The notes beneath the pieces are model-generated. The model had not been told where the DNA came from and made no database searches. It saw only the letters and a list, made by a program, of their open reading frames with translations. From NCBI RefSeq assembly GCF_009914755.1, contig NC_060927.1: DNA of 64,000 nucleotides. One strand, given 5' to 3'. This DNA is from the human T2T-CHM13v2.0 reference genome, Homo sapiens. The stretch's first letter is position 1, and each line of letters opens with the position of its first letter. Of this stretch, positions 43,315 through 57,034 are shown piece after piece. The position numbers and the translations under genes were made by a program.

Positions 43315-43562
43315 TATTGCAACCTTTAACTCCAGTGCCTCTGAGATCCTCCTGAGACATGTCTCAGCCTCCTAAGCAGCTAGGACTACAGGTGTGCACC
43401 ACCACACTTGGCTTTCTTCTCTTTTTCTTTTTACTTTTTTTTTTTTTTTGTCGATATAGAGCCTATGTTGCCCAAGATGGTCTCGAACTTCTGGCCTCAA
43501 GATCCATCTGTTTTGGCCTCTGGAAGTGTTGGGATTACAAGCATGAGCCACTGGACTTGGCC
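43315..43562 (-). mobile_element. Partial diverged Alu (AluJ-like)
   Basis: ctcagcctcctaagcagctaggactacaggtgtgcaccacc ... gggattacaagcatgagccactg. Confidence 0.85.
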
Positions 43563-44813
43563 TCTGTCCTAGTCTTAATAAAGAGAATAACCGTGGCTTG
43601 TAGAGTAAATTGCTATGCCTAAAGATTGCCTGTCCTTGTGAGATAAACAACAAGAAAAGGTCAGCCCCATTGTGGATTTTGCATGTAACAGATGAATCAC
43701 TCAGCAATCTACACATTGGTAAAGGAGATATTCTTCCTCTTTACATATGAGATAGACTACAGCTTGGTCTACCCAAATAGGACTATAGTCATAGAGCTCA
43801 TGAAGGAAAATCAATCACCCAAAATCAATCTCTATTTAAATCAATCTTTGTAATGTTCTAGAGTTTTGTGAAAATTAAGAATGCAAAGTTTAGGTTTTAG
43901 GAGAGTCATAAATACATGAATAATAAATATTTTTGAACAGCTAATCTATGGAGAGCTCTGTGCCAGACAGGGGAAAGTCAAATATGTGTGAAATAAATAT
44001 ACTATCTTCATGTCAGAAGAGTAAATAATTTATTACACATGAATGACAAAAATAAAGGGGATTAAGTTGGTGACACAAGGAAGTAGCCAAAGTGGGAAGA
44101 GGATCAGGCTTGAGCTAGGCTCTAAAGGGTCTGTTGAAGTTGCACAAGTCCAGTATTGGGTAAAGATATTCAATGAGGGTATGTGTGATGTGTACCTAAT
44201 TGAGGTTACATGGAAGGCTTTTGTGTAAAGGTAAAAATAAATAATATGTGATGTATATGTAGCACTTCACAGTTTACCTATGTATTAATCTATTAATGTA
44301 TGATGTATTAATTATTATTAGGAAAATAAGTCATAATATATTATCTTTCACATGAGGATGCAAGTTCAGAATCTTTAAGTAACTCGTCTGCAAGAAAATA
44401 TACAGTTAGCAAATAAAGTAGATTGGAACCAACTCTACTATGTTTCTCACGACAATTGCAAAATGTCAGAGAATTAGAAGGTATTGAATGCAAGACTAAA
44501 TTCCAGGCTTTTTCTTGTCAGTGGTTAATGGCATATGGGAAGATGAAGCTCAGCACAAATTGTATAACTTGGAGATTAAAGTGACTCCAGATAAAGGAAA
44601 CCATGTAGATGATTCTTAGTATATTATAGCATGTATGGTGAATGGACTCTTACAAACAAGTCTAATTGGTGGAGAAAAAAATAGAAATAAACATTAACTA
44701 TATTGCAAAAGAAAGGAAACAGTTTGGTGAGAAAAAAGAACACGGAAAGTTAAAAAATACATATGTCATACTGTTTCCAAAATCTAAAGCTAGGAAATGG
44801 AAAACTTAATAAG

Positions 44814-44860
44814 TGTGTGTGTGCCTGTGTGCATGCACGTGTGTGTGTGTGTGTGTGTGT
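44814..44860. repeat. (TG)n microsatellite, interrupted
   Basis: Direct reading. Confidence 0.9.
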
Positions 44861-46253
44861 ATTATGACTGACTAATCTACACCTACTCTAGAGTTCTGTA
44901 GATAATACGGTGTGTATAAGTCCGCAGTTAACTCTACTGATAATTTGCTACTGCTTCTGTTTAGTTGGAAGTGCATTTCGTGCTTTTCACTTGAAATTTA
45001 AAAAGCCAAAAGGGTATAATACCTTCTGAAAATGCAGGATTAATGCTTTCAAATAGACAAGGTGAACTGGACAAATTACTACCAAACTCTTTTCAACTTT
45101 GAGTACTTCAAACCTCCTATAATAAGTATATTATTTTAAAATGGCATACACATAAAAATAGAGTACATAAAGCACAGTTTTAAATCTGAATTAATTAAAA
45201 CATTCTATTATTTTTCATATATTAAAAAGCCTATAATTTGTTTATGTTACATTTAGCTTAAGTACTTCATATGTATTTAGGAAACTCTTTCCTCATAGAA
45301 ACAGGCAAATGCTATACCTTTAGTTTGTTTAAATTATGCTAAACTCCAAACTATTACATCCTTGACTGAAAGCATCAGTACTAACTTTCTGACTTCACTT
45401 ATATACTTGGATTTGCTTTACAAAATGAGGCAAGAAAGGCAACTAGTAACAAAAGACTGTTGGAAAATAAGTTTAAAATTAAGACTGAGAATAAAATATA
45501 TGAATAGAAAGTATTGGAGTGATGACAAGGCAAAGACACATCTTGAAAATTGGGCAACAGAGTTTAGCAGGAGTTGCAGAAGTAAGGAAATTGGCAAGAT
45601 TCTCTAATTTGTCACCTCATTTCTTGAAGATTCCTTACATGTAGGCACAGCTACATTATGAATCACGGCCGTTTTGTTTGGACAGATCATGGGCCTTATT
45701 TCCAATTAAGCTTCTGTTCATTTCATGAAAGACTAATTAATTCTCATCACACTTTCAGGATACAGAAAATTTTAAACACACTTTGAAGAAACTCAGGGAA
45801 TAGTGATAAACCTCAGGCTGTATATCACAAATGTGGTAATTTGAGATTCTTATTCTATGTCCACATTGTACTTAAGTAAATGATTGAGGTCAGATAAAGA
45901 GTCAAAGACATTTTTTAAACATAATCTGTAAGTATACTTAAAATAGTACATCTATTAGTCTCATGTAGACAGATACGTTATTGATTAATAATACAGAGAA
46001 AAACTAAGTTACCTGAAGCACACATCCTTTTAGAATCTTATCCTTCAACCTACACCAAATTCAGGAAAAGTAGCATTTTGGCAAATAGAGCTAACGTTCT
46101 GCTATACTCCTAGACTTCCAAAAATTTTAACTTTTGGTTGTATTGTACATTTCACTGTGTTTAAAGATATTGTTTTAAACACTTTAAAAACTTTAAAAAG
46201 TAACACCAAATATCAGCAAAAATAAACCTTACCATCCTATTCTGTGTACTTTA

Positions 46254-46770
46254 TTATTTAATTTATTTTATTTCAATTTTTACCACCTCCCCCACTGCAC
46301 AGTGGCTGCAGCAAGCCTCACTCAAGGAAAGTCTGAGCCCAGACCTGCCTAACCCTCTCTACCAGCCCTGGTAGCTCAATACAAAAGACATAAACTCTTG
46401 GGAGCTCTATGGCCCCCTCCATCACCTGAGATTCTGGGGCAAGCTTAGATCCCCCTACTACAACCTCAGCTGGTGCTCTCTTGAAAGAACCTCCCCCTGG
46501 CAGGAGGCCAACAAACTCAGGCCATTGCAGCAACTCATAACAAAACAACTCTGCTTCCAGGAAGGAGAAAACAGCAGCTAATTCCACTGCCTGCAACATC
46601 CTAGCTAACCAGAGGTCCTGAGCCTGTCCATGTGACAACTTCACTGCTGGCACAACCAGCATTCGAGAAAGCCAGGACTAAACCTATTTACAACCAAGGA
46701 CTCTCACAATCCACTTCACTCCCCTGCCACCTCCACCAGAGCAGGTGCTGGTACTCAGGGCTGGGAGACA
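46254..46770. mobile_element. TSD-bounded L1PB-like insertion: antisense A tail plus a sense 5'UTR fragment
   Basis: TSD tattctgtgtacttta at 46238-46253 and 46771-46786. T-rich tail to 46281. GC-richer L1PBa-like 5'UTR (ccacctccaccagagcaggtgctggta) at 46282-46770. Confidence 0.8.
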
Positions 46771-48589
46771 TATTCTGTGTACTTTAGGTTTTACTGTATT
46801 ATCATCTTAGGACAGTCATCACAAAGAAAGGATAAATAATTATTTTATCACTACAAAATGAGTATAAGATGGCTTTTATAACCCTGCATGTGAAGTATTC
46901 AAAATACTGATTGACATCTTCAAATAAAGTACTAGATGAAGCCTGAAAAGAGTCAAACTAATAATCATTAAAAGTTCTACTTAATCTTTGACATCTGTTC
47001 AGCATGTTAAAGCCAGCAGTTTAACATGGTTTAAAGCAATAATTGTATGACTTCTGGATTAGATATTTTTAATATAGTGCATTCTTAGAATTCATAAATG
47101 CTTTTCAAGATTAAAATATAAAATCAATAAAACAGTAAGACGGTTGTCAACTGCTGGCTAGACTATGTTATCAAAATGATGAAAAAGCAGCTATGTATAA
47201 AAATAAACCTAATGTTATATCCACAGGGCATGATGAAGATAAACACTAGTTTCTCTAGTGTAGCTACTATAATCATTAAAGAATCGATGGCAAATCAAAC
47301 TTACAAATCCTTAGGGGTAGGGGGCGGGAGAAAAAACACAGCAGTAAATGCAAAAAAGCTCAAATCAATTTTTCACCCTAAACATGTGAGGTTTATTAGT
47401 ATTACTAACATAAAGGCAAATGTAAAGACAGAAAAACGGGGATATTATCTTCTTTCACTTTAATTACAGGGTTGCCTCAGGCAGAATTAGTTTTCTGACT
47501 TGCTTAAAAAATATTGCATTCCTATATTAGTAGAATTATTTAAATAATAAAGACATTTTAAAAAATGATCTAATGAAAAGTAATAAAATATAGTCTATCC
47601 AAATTTTTTTCTTTTTCTTTCTTATTTTATAGCTAAAATTAAAACTGTCTACATCACGCATTTTTTTTCAAAATGAATGTCCAAATTCACGAAGATGATT
47701 CCTTAAAAGTATACTCATGTACACCAAGACAGAAAGAAAGCAATTTTCAAACAAAAGCAATTTTCAAAATGCTGTGCTTACACTAGCTCAGTCAGATGAA
47801 TTCTATGCCCACTTGACCTTCAATCATATTGTTCATTTCATCATTCTGATGAAAATTAGTGGGACGCATGATGTCTGGTCATCCTAGCTAAAGTGAATTC
47901 AGTTGCAGACGTATTTTTCTGAACAATATCATCATTCAAGAAATGTAAGATGGAAGTACACATCAATAACATCAGTGTTCTAATAAGTGTTGCCTCTGAT
48001 GAGTTAGATTTATCTTAGACTGATCACAAAAATAGAATAAAAAACGCTTGAACATTGGTTTGGTCGAAGAGAAGTTAAACATGAAGCTGGTCTGTCTTGA
48101 CACATGTTGAGAGGCAGAAGCGTAGAGTGGTAGGGAGAAAAGAGAGTGAGAGAACACAGAGAAAAGGGAGTGAGAGAAAATTAGAGAAACAGAACAGTTG
48201 TTTAGCAAGCATGTTTAGCTGGCAAATCCTGGGATTAACAACAAACGAAGTATACAGCAAATAAGGTAGTTACCTCCAGAATTCCTTTACTTTTAGAGGG
48301 GGTTGCTGTGATCATTCTCTTCCCTCTGCTTAGTTTAAATGAAAAAGAACGCCTGCTGATTTTTTTTTTCACTTTAGAGACCAAAACTTTAATTAAAACC
48401 AGCTATGATGTACATTAAAGATAAAAAATCCACACTGTGCTAATTTCACATTTCAATAAATACTAATGTCTGATGAGGTTTTAAAAAAGTGCATTTAATG
48501 GGACATGATGTCACTATTAGAATAATTTCTCTAAACAAAAACATGAATATACCAAAATTATACTAAAATGATGATTTTTGTATGCTTAC

Positions 48590-49200
48590 ATTTCATTTAT
48601 TTAATAAACGTTATTTGACAACTTACTATGCACCATCCTAAGATACAAAAATGAATGACAGTGCCTACTCAAGAAGAGTTTACAGTAGGGCAGAGGGAGC
48701 GATGGAGATAAGTTACAAGCGGTGGTAATTTCTATTAATATAATGTATAAACAGAGTGCTGTATTATCAGATCAAAGAGAGAACGAAGTAATCAGGCTTC
48801 TGGAAAATTGGAAAATGTTCATCCCAGAAGTGAACATTAGAGATGGAATTCGAAAGAACAGTAGTTGTTGACTGAACCAAAAGGGTTCAGGACTGGAGAA
48901 GGAAATTCTAAACGAAAGCACCAACAGTGCAGAGGCAGGAAGGAAAGAATCTTTATGTCTGAAAAACAATAGATGGTTTCATTCGGATGGGATTTCAGAT
49001 AAATATAAGTAGGAGGTTCTGACAGGAGATGAAGCTAAAAAAATCAAATGAAACAAAATGTAAATAGCTTCGTGTGCAAAACAGACATTTAAGCTGAAGA
49101 ATGAACTGAGCAAATGAAGTTTTTGGCCAAAAGCTCTATGAGCACGGACTTGAAGTGGAAAAGCTGGAGGTCATGAGATGGCAAAGGTCTCTATTATGAT
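48590..49200 (-). mobile_element. Degenerate L2 3' fragment
   Basis: ttcatttatttaataaacg...cttactatgcacc...gatacaaaaatgaatgacagtgcctactc. Confidence 0.45.
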
Positions 49201-50802
49201 ATTTCACAAGTCTGTTTCCATGCCTGCCATGTAAAAATCACTATTTGTTGAGTTAATGGAAGGATGAATGAAAACAGTAGTACGAACACAGACATGTATG
49301 CAACTGAACTAATATACTTGCAGAAGAGATGGAGTACAAACATAAAAACTATAATACTCATAAAGTCTATGTGTTTCTGAAGATTGCCTTTACCTTAGGC
49401 AAGAAATCATGGTAGATTAAAAAATAGAGAATGCTTAGAAAAACATTCTATTTACCAATATTTACCAGAGCAAAATGTACTCAGTTTTTGTTCACATTTG
49501 CTTTCATTTTGTATACAAATTAATTTCAAACACACTGCCTTGAATGTGTATGAAAACCTAAAATTAGTTCAATACTATTGGGAGAGTAGTCACAGGATCA
49601 TTTTTAAATGGATGTGACATTGAAATTTAAGTCCATTATATGGGGTTGGAATTTTTAGTGTCTGAATAACTATGTTTTTATAGCTATTCGTATTACAGCA
49701 TGATATTAATTTCTAAGCCATGAGTAGATTGTCCATTAATACTTAAATGAGCTGCAAATTTTTAGATTGCTTAAGAGCAAATACCTCTACAAACATTATT
49801 ATTCTAGATGCATATACAGCCTAGTCAATCTTAGCAATTACCTTCCCTTATGTTGGGTTAGTTTATGAAGCTACAGCAGCAGGGTGAGGACGAAAGGAAC
49901 AAGCATTAAATTTCAGACTGGTGATTAAATAATGCTATAGTAAGAGAGACATTAATGAAATAACAGAAGAGAAGGTCAAAAGTAATTTTCATATGTCAAC
50001 ATGCACAAAGATGTAACAAAAAGATTCATACACAAAAGGCTGTGCATGAAAGGTAGGGAAAATTTTTTCTGACTGTCAATTGTGTTGCGTGCATTCTAGA
50101 AGCCAAGGGTTTTTGAAAGGCATTTAGCTTTAAACCATTTCTTACTCCTTTGAATGTCCTCAGCAGGACCAGAAATGGAGGATTCAATTTTCAAAGATAA
50201 TTGTGTCAGATAACTGTCTCTTGCCTTTTCAGCAAGTATCTGATAAACACCTAATTACTAACCAAGTGATTTCAGAGCTACACAGCTGGGCTGGTGAGAA
50301 GGCTACTGCAAAAGACTTGGTAATTCATTGTATCAAGATGAAAATGCAGTTGGATTGCAAATTAATTTAATTTATTTGACTAATGCAATTTTACCAACTA
50401 TTATGAGGGAGAATTTATTATTTTAATGAAAGAGTATAAATTTCAACATTAAATCAATGATAGCCACACAAATAACTTCTCACCATAACTCATCAGAGAA
50501 AATCTACTGGAACTAAAAATAGGTCTGTAGAAATTCCAGGCAGTTTGCTTTCTTTGGGCAAGCTTTGTGCTATACTGATGGTATTCTAGTATTTTGTAGA
50601 AAAAAGCAGAATATTAATATTTTTGCATGTTAGATCTTGGCTCAACTCTTTTAATAGCGATATTAGCCATAAATACATAACTATTCATCTTCAAATGTAT
50701 ACACACATACATTCACTGACTCTTAACTACTTCTGAATGTCATTCCTTGTCATATGCCTGGCCTTTCCCTGTTATGTCCAACTGTCTATTCTGGGTTGTC
50801 AT

Positions 50803-51339
50803 ATGTAGTTTAAGGCCTAAAATTAGGACCCCATATTATGTACTGCCTTGACATCTGGTGAAATTGAGATGGCTTGAAATTAAGATGGCCTAAAATGGCT
50901 TATTGCAAGTTCCCTTCACATTCTGCTTTTATGGATGAGGTCTACTATCAAAACAACCCTCCTCATCAGGGAGACCAGGCAGAGTTTCCTGAATAACAGG
51001 TTTCATTACCTTGCCAGCCCAGAGAATTGCTCAAACAAGCCAAGCCAATCACATCCTTCTGGAAGAACCAAGGGCATCTCACCCTCTTGACACAACAATA
51101 CCCCCCACAGCCCTTGAACTTCTGGCTGTTGACTCTCTTCTGGAGAGTTACCCCTCTGTGACTCTGCTTAGTGAGTGGTATCCTCTATCCTGAGATGTGA
51201 GTATATGTGAGTAATAACTTGAGATCAACTGCTGCTGATCTAACCTGCGAGTGTTGGGTGTCACATGTTCAACCATCACCATAACCCTAGGACGGGAATC
51301 CCTCTCTCACCAACAAAGAAATAAAGAGGATACTAAAAC
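50803..51339 (+). mobile_element. ERV1 solo LTR (MER67-like)
   Basis: aggcctaaaattaggaccccatattatgtactgccttgacatctgg start and ccataaccctaggacgggaatccctctctcaccaac end. Confidence 0.65.
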
Positions 51340-52699
51340 CTCATAAAACCACTGAGATTGGTCTAATGCTCAGACCTGTCTGTGCTTTGAGTAAATACAT
51401 CATTTGTTTTGTGTCCTTTCAGGGTGATTGCCAAATTTTAGAGATCTGGAGGGGCAACTAAAATGATTGGAGGTATGGAGTAAAGTGCTTTTTTATGTCA
51501 ATGAATAAGATGTACTGACATTTATTGAACACTTTCCCAATACCCTCACATAGTTCTATTAGTGTAGTGGCTACTTGTATAGAATAATAGGGGATAAAGT
51601 AAAAAGAGAAAGTAACATAAAACAAAACAATGCATTCCAGTTACCAAAGGATGATCAGAAGAGAGATCGCTCTGCAGAACAGTTAAAGCTCACTCTGTTT
51701 CAACAAGTGATACACAACAGGTACTCTCACGCAGGAGTTGTTCTTTTAATAAACAATTTCATCTGAAAATAAGATTACTATTAGAAAGAGGTACATTTGT
51801 TTACCTTTCATTTATTTTACATTCTGCTATGCACTACTTCTATATGCCATGAGTCCCATTTTTTTGTCCTTGAGTTACTCCTATTTTAGGCAAGTTTGAG
51901 ATACAGAGGCAAAAAGTGTAATCAGAATAAAGGGGGAACAAATCAAAACAAAAAAAAGTAGCTATGGGATCTAGAAGGGAGTATCTATTACAGGTTTACC
52001 TGCTAAAATTAAGATATGATCCTTATTTAAAGGTAATTATTATGTGCTTCCACATCTGCATACTAAACGGAAGCATTTGAAATGTTTTTGAACTTTTAAA
52101 ATGTGAAATATTATGAAGTGAAGTAATCAAACATAAAATGGTGAATTTTAGTAATTACAGGATCAGAGAAAGAGTAGGCACTTGGTTCTTTGTTATTCTA
52201 TTTTAGTCACTTTAAATGAGTTTTGAGGTGGAAAGAACAATTTTTGTTGCAAAGTAAATATACGGTTACATAGAATTTGCAAAGTTACATTTCAAATACA
52301 TAATCCTTTACTAAGAATTATATCAAAGATTAGAAATGATGCTGTGGGTGGGTGCCCAATTCCTCAGTACTAAATATAAGTTATTGCTTTCTACATTCTT
52401 TGTCTTTTGCATGGCAAAATAATGCCAAAAATGTATTACTTAGCCAATTTATTCTGTGGTCATTTTCTTGAAAATTCCATTTCAATACAAAGAGTTATTT
52501 TTTTGTTTTGTTCAAGCCAATTTTCTCATCGCTGCCTTTTGAATATTTTTCCTCTTATGTAAATAATTTCTACCAGTATTACGCAATGTTCTGCTATCTT
52601 AAGATAAAACAACAGCCAAAACTATTTGTTGCTTGTTTTCTTAACACATTCCATTTACTGCCAAGTTTAGTTACAGGTATTCCTTAAGAAGAGTTGTCT

Positions 52700-53610
52700 C
52701 TACTCACTTTTTCTATTACCATAATTTCTCTTCTCTTTTCTTATTACTTCAATCTGACTTTTGCTCCCATAACTGCACTGAACTTCTTACTAAGGTAGCT
52801 AATGACTTCCTTTATGCTAAAAAGGAATTGTCCGAAATGTTCAACACAGTTTACAGCCTGTCTTTTGGAAACCCTTCTCTTAGAAACTGTTTTCTCATAT
52901 ACTCCTTGTTTTCCTCCTATCCTTCTGGCCACACTTTTTATGATAGTTTCCGTATTACTTTTTTTTTTTTTTTTAACTCTTCTTTTTCTCTGCCTTGCTT
53001 CTAAATATTGGTCTGTAAAGTGGCAGTCCTGGACTCTTTTCTCTTTCTAGATTCTTTTCTGGGAAAATTCCATCCTTAATAGTCTCTGTGTGCTAGTATT
53101 TCTCCAACCCAGCCTCTATCATGAGGTCAGACCCAAGTAGTCAAAAGGATATGTGACATCTTCATTCTCCTGCCCCACAGTAACCTCGAATTTAACATAT
53201 TCAAACTTGAACTCTTGATTAAATCTTTCCCTTCATCTCTCATTTAAATATTTCTTCTCCAGTCTTTCCCAGCTCTACCATTCAGGTACTCAGGCTAGAT
53301 TCCTGAGAACCAGCTTCTTGTTCCAACTTCCACGTCCCAGCCATCAGTATAGTCTGTTGATTTCAGCCAGGCATTCACAGAAACTTAAGCATCGCCATCC
53401 TCCCTTCCTACCTTTCATATCCAAACTGTCACTAAGTCCCATTCATTGCATCTCTAAATTATCAAATTTCCAAATTTCCTTCTGTCTTCAACATATCCAC
53501 TTTAGACAAAAATCACCTTTGTTTTTCTTATGGATGTGACAATTGTCGCCTAACCAGTTCCTCCATTCCATTTTAGCTTCCATCTCTCCACTCTTCAAGA
53601 ACAATAAGGG
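52700..53610 (+). mobile_element. L2 ORF2 (RT region) remnant
   Basis: caatctgacttttgctcccataactgcactgaacttcttactaaggtagctaatgac reads QSDFCSHNCTELLTKVAND, resembling the L2 RT motif QSGFRxxHSTETALxKVxND. Confidence 0.6.
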
Positions 53611-53831
53611 CTTTTTCAATGCTTTCGAGTAAAACACGCTCAGTGTAATATGTATAAAGTGCATTGATCTTAAGTATACAGATTTGGAAGTTTACATATA
53701 TGTGTGTGTGTATATATATATATATACCCATTTATATATACATGTACCCACATATATATATATATATATATACACCCATTTAGCCACCACCCTGATCACA
53801 CAAATACCTTTGTTTTTATGTCAATAAGAGC

Positions 53832-53968
53832 TTTAATTTACTCATTTAAAAAAATTACTCATTTAATTTACTCATTTAAAAAAATCCAAATGCAATGCGC
53901 TATTGTGTAAGTATAGTAAGAAAGACTAGAGATCTAATGTACAACACTAGAGATCTAATGTACAACAC
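53832..53968. repeat. Two adjacent short tandem duplications (30-bp period; 21-bp actagagatctaatgtacaac x2)
   Basis: Direct reading: 53832-53885 and 53925-53968. Confidence 0.9.
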
Positions 53969-54163
53969 GAGGACTATAACTACAGTCTTTTCTAAGGATT
54001 CGGCTCCCTCATGTGTTCTCATTCATGAAATAGTCTCTTTCAAGCAACGTGACTCATGAATCTGAGTTGTTTTTGCATAGATTGATAATGAATGACCCTC
54101 TCTCTTTGTGTCTGTCTCCTCATCATCCATCCAGCCAAATTGTCTTTGCTAAGAGACATTTAT

Positions 54164-54296
54164 TTTCTTAATTTTTTTTAGAGAAAGGGTCTTGCTTCCC
54201 TGCCCAGGCTGGACTCTGACTCCTAGGCTCAAGTGATTCTCCTGCCTCAGCCTTCTGAGTAGCTGGCACTACAGGCATTCACCACTGTGCCCAGCC
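54164..54296 (-). mobile_element. Alu monomer (FLAM-like)
   Basis: Single arm agggtcttgcttccctgcccaggctgg...ccactgtgcccagcc; catttat on both sides. Confidence 0.85.
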
Positions 54297-54817
54297 ATTT
54301 ATGTATTACTTAACCTGTTATTCTATCCTACTACTGTCCACTGTGTCAATCCTATGACTCCTGGACAGCCTTATTTATCTCCTGCCCACTGGTGACATAT
54401 AAATAGACCAGTGGTCACCCTTGATATCATATTTGCCAGATTTCTCTCTTATGGGCCACTTAGACCACCTCCACCTGTGTTTATTCATTTTATTATTATT
54501 ATATTTTTCAAGGTCTAAAACATTTACAAATCAACCGTTTCAAAAAATATTATTGATAAAGAATAATAAAAGATTATGTATTCCTGAAATAAATTTTTGA
54601 AGTAAGTTATTGCTTTACTAACTGTACTTTATTTAGCAGGACCATCAATGTAAGATATTCTAAGAATTTCTATACAGTAAGTCCCCGCTATTAGGGCTGA
54701 AAATCCCATGATTGTCCTTACTGAGATTTCTGATAGCAATGTCCTTAACCTATAATTAAGCATAATACAGTTAATTTTATTATTGCTTTTCTATTTTTCA
54801 ATAACTGTTATTAAAAC

Positions 54818-54820
<3 letters not shown>

Positions 54821-54864
<44 letters not shown>
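54821..54864. repeat. (CA)22 microsatellite
   Basis: Direct reading. Confidence 0.95.
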
Positions 54865-54867
<3 letters not shown>

Positions 54868-56543
54868 TGGAACCTAAAAATGGCCTTACATACTAAGAAC
54901 ATTGAAATCTGGTGTGATTTTACTATATGGAAAAAAAGATGTTCTTTTTATATTGTTAAGGTTAATATATTTAAAATTTCTTCAACTTTTATCTTTGTGA
55001 ATAAATTATATAAAAATAATCTATTCATAATATAAATATTATTTTTATAGTGACCTGAAAATTAAACATTTCTCAAATCAATTGCTCTCATAGCCTTTAA
55101 GTTACCCAGTGAGTATAAAAGTTTTGTTCATTTGATGGAATAATAAGCTTAAGTTTAAAAACTCAGAGAAAGACATAAGACTAACTTAAGGGTATCATTA
55201 CTGTATTTTAAAACATATTAACATTAAAGAGTTTCCTAAGAAGTAACAGAAAATTTTTGATATTCTTAAAATTTTTTCCTCATTGCATTATAATATTATC
55301 TTCAATCAAAAACTACAAATTTGTATTTCCAAGTTTTTTTTTTTTTCTTACTGGGCAATGGATTCAGCTGCATCCATTTCTTATTTCCACCTAATGCTTC
55401 TTAAATTAATTTTTTCTGATGAAAGTGAATTTAGATAAACACAGTAATTACGAAGCTGAAAAACTGGCAAATATTTTAAATAGATTTAATTCCTAAAATA
55501 AATTCTTCCTCTCTCATGCTGTCTGTTCAAATGCATACTCACGTGCGTGGCACTCCCTAGAGAGGATGCATTTAATTGAATATGATATTTTACAGCCCTA
55601 AGGCATGTTTGCCATAACCAGGATGTTGAATATTTGCAGTCATTATAGAAATGGCTGTGTAACAAAAGTCTCACAGGATTCAAAACTAAACAGAATATTG
55701 AAGCTAAATCACGTTTATGCTGTATGTATGTGATACTACATTGATCAATTAGTACGATTTCATCAAATAACTGTATGAGTTTTATTCTTTACAAAACATG
55801 AAAATAAATAAACATGTTGTCAAGTATAGACAGTCCTGGGTATACAACTAAACTTTGTTACATGCATGTGCTTACAAGTTCGTCGTATGGAAATTTGGGT
55901 TATATTTGCTTGTTGAGATTATTATTAGCTTTACCATGTGGTCCACAAAAGCACCTTTAGTCCAAAATGGGGCTATAATAATTATCAGCTCTTCAGCCCT
56001 TCTCTGATATTATGTTTGCTCAAGATCCTACACTGCTCAAGACACTGAACTTTTCTGGCCCTAAACCAATTTAAATCACATCTCTCTTCCAAAGTGTGAT
56101 CCTTTTGAGTTCTGTACTATCTCTCTCTCTCATATACCAAGAGTCTCAAGTGAGCTGTGAAAGTGTCACTATGAGTATGAGAAAACACACTGCTTCATAA
56201 TTCTCTTGCACTCTAGCAGTTAGTGACACAGGGAAGGAAAGGGTTGTGTTGGGTCAGACTGTATTGGCAGGGGATGTTTACAAACGTGGGTTAAAAGGAA
56301 TAAGCAATTCCTAAGATGATACCTGCTCAAATAGACTCTGATGGATGTTTTCCTATTAAACTAACCAGATTTCTGAATAAATAAAGCATTTATTTATTTA
56401 TTTTGGCATCATGTAAATAGGGCCATAGACAACTAAATAATTAAATTGAACAAAGGAGCAATTTCTGTTATGATTCCAAACCTCTCTGTGTTTAAAGTGT
56501 TTGACTTCTTCCCTAATGATCACTCTTGCCTTGTGATAGATTT

Positions 56544-56913
56544 TGCTGTGGTTTGAATGTTCGTGTCCTCTCAAAAATACACATGTTGAAATTCCAACCT
56601 CCAATGTAATGGTATTAAAAGATATATTCATTTGAGAGCTATGAGGGCACTTCCCTTGTGAATGGGATTAAGTTTCTTATAAAGGAGATGTCTTACAGTG
56701 TTACCTAGGTTGTTCTTCACTCTTCTGCTAAATAAGCCTTAGCATTCGTCCCATTTGTCCTTTTGACTTCTGCCATGTAAGGACACAGCAAGTAGGTCCT
56801 TACAAAATGCTGGCATCTTGATCTTGGACTTACCAGCTTCCAGAATAAATTTCTGTTCTCTATAAATTAGAGTCTCAGATATTTTGTTTTAGCAGCACAA
56901 ACAGACTAAGACA
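56544..56913. mobile_element. MST-family (ERVL-MaLR, MSTD-like) solo LTR
   Basis: tgctgtggtttgaatgtt ... ttttgttttagcagcacaaacagactaagaca. Confidence 0.85.
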
Positions 56914-57034
56914 CAATTCATCATTTTTAAAAAGGCCCGCCTTACCAAAATATCACCATTTTCTACCACAAGTTGAATTGTTTGTCTTGCTAGCAACTTC
57001 TAAGGAAAAAAAAAACTGAAAAAAAAATTAAAGG

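Noticed and set aside
46318-46662. 114-aa ORF in the GC-richer insert
   Set aside because: Antisense frame of an L1 5'UTR fragment with no supporting splice or family evidence.
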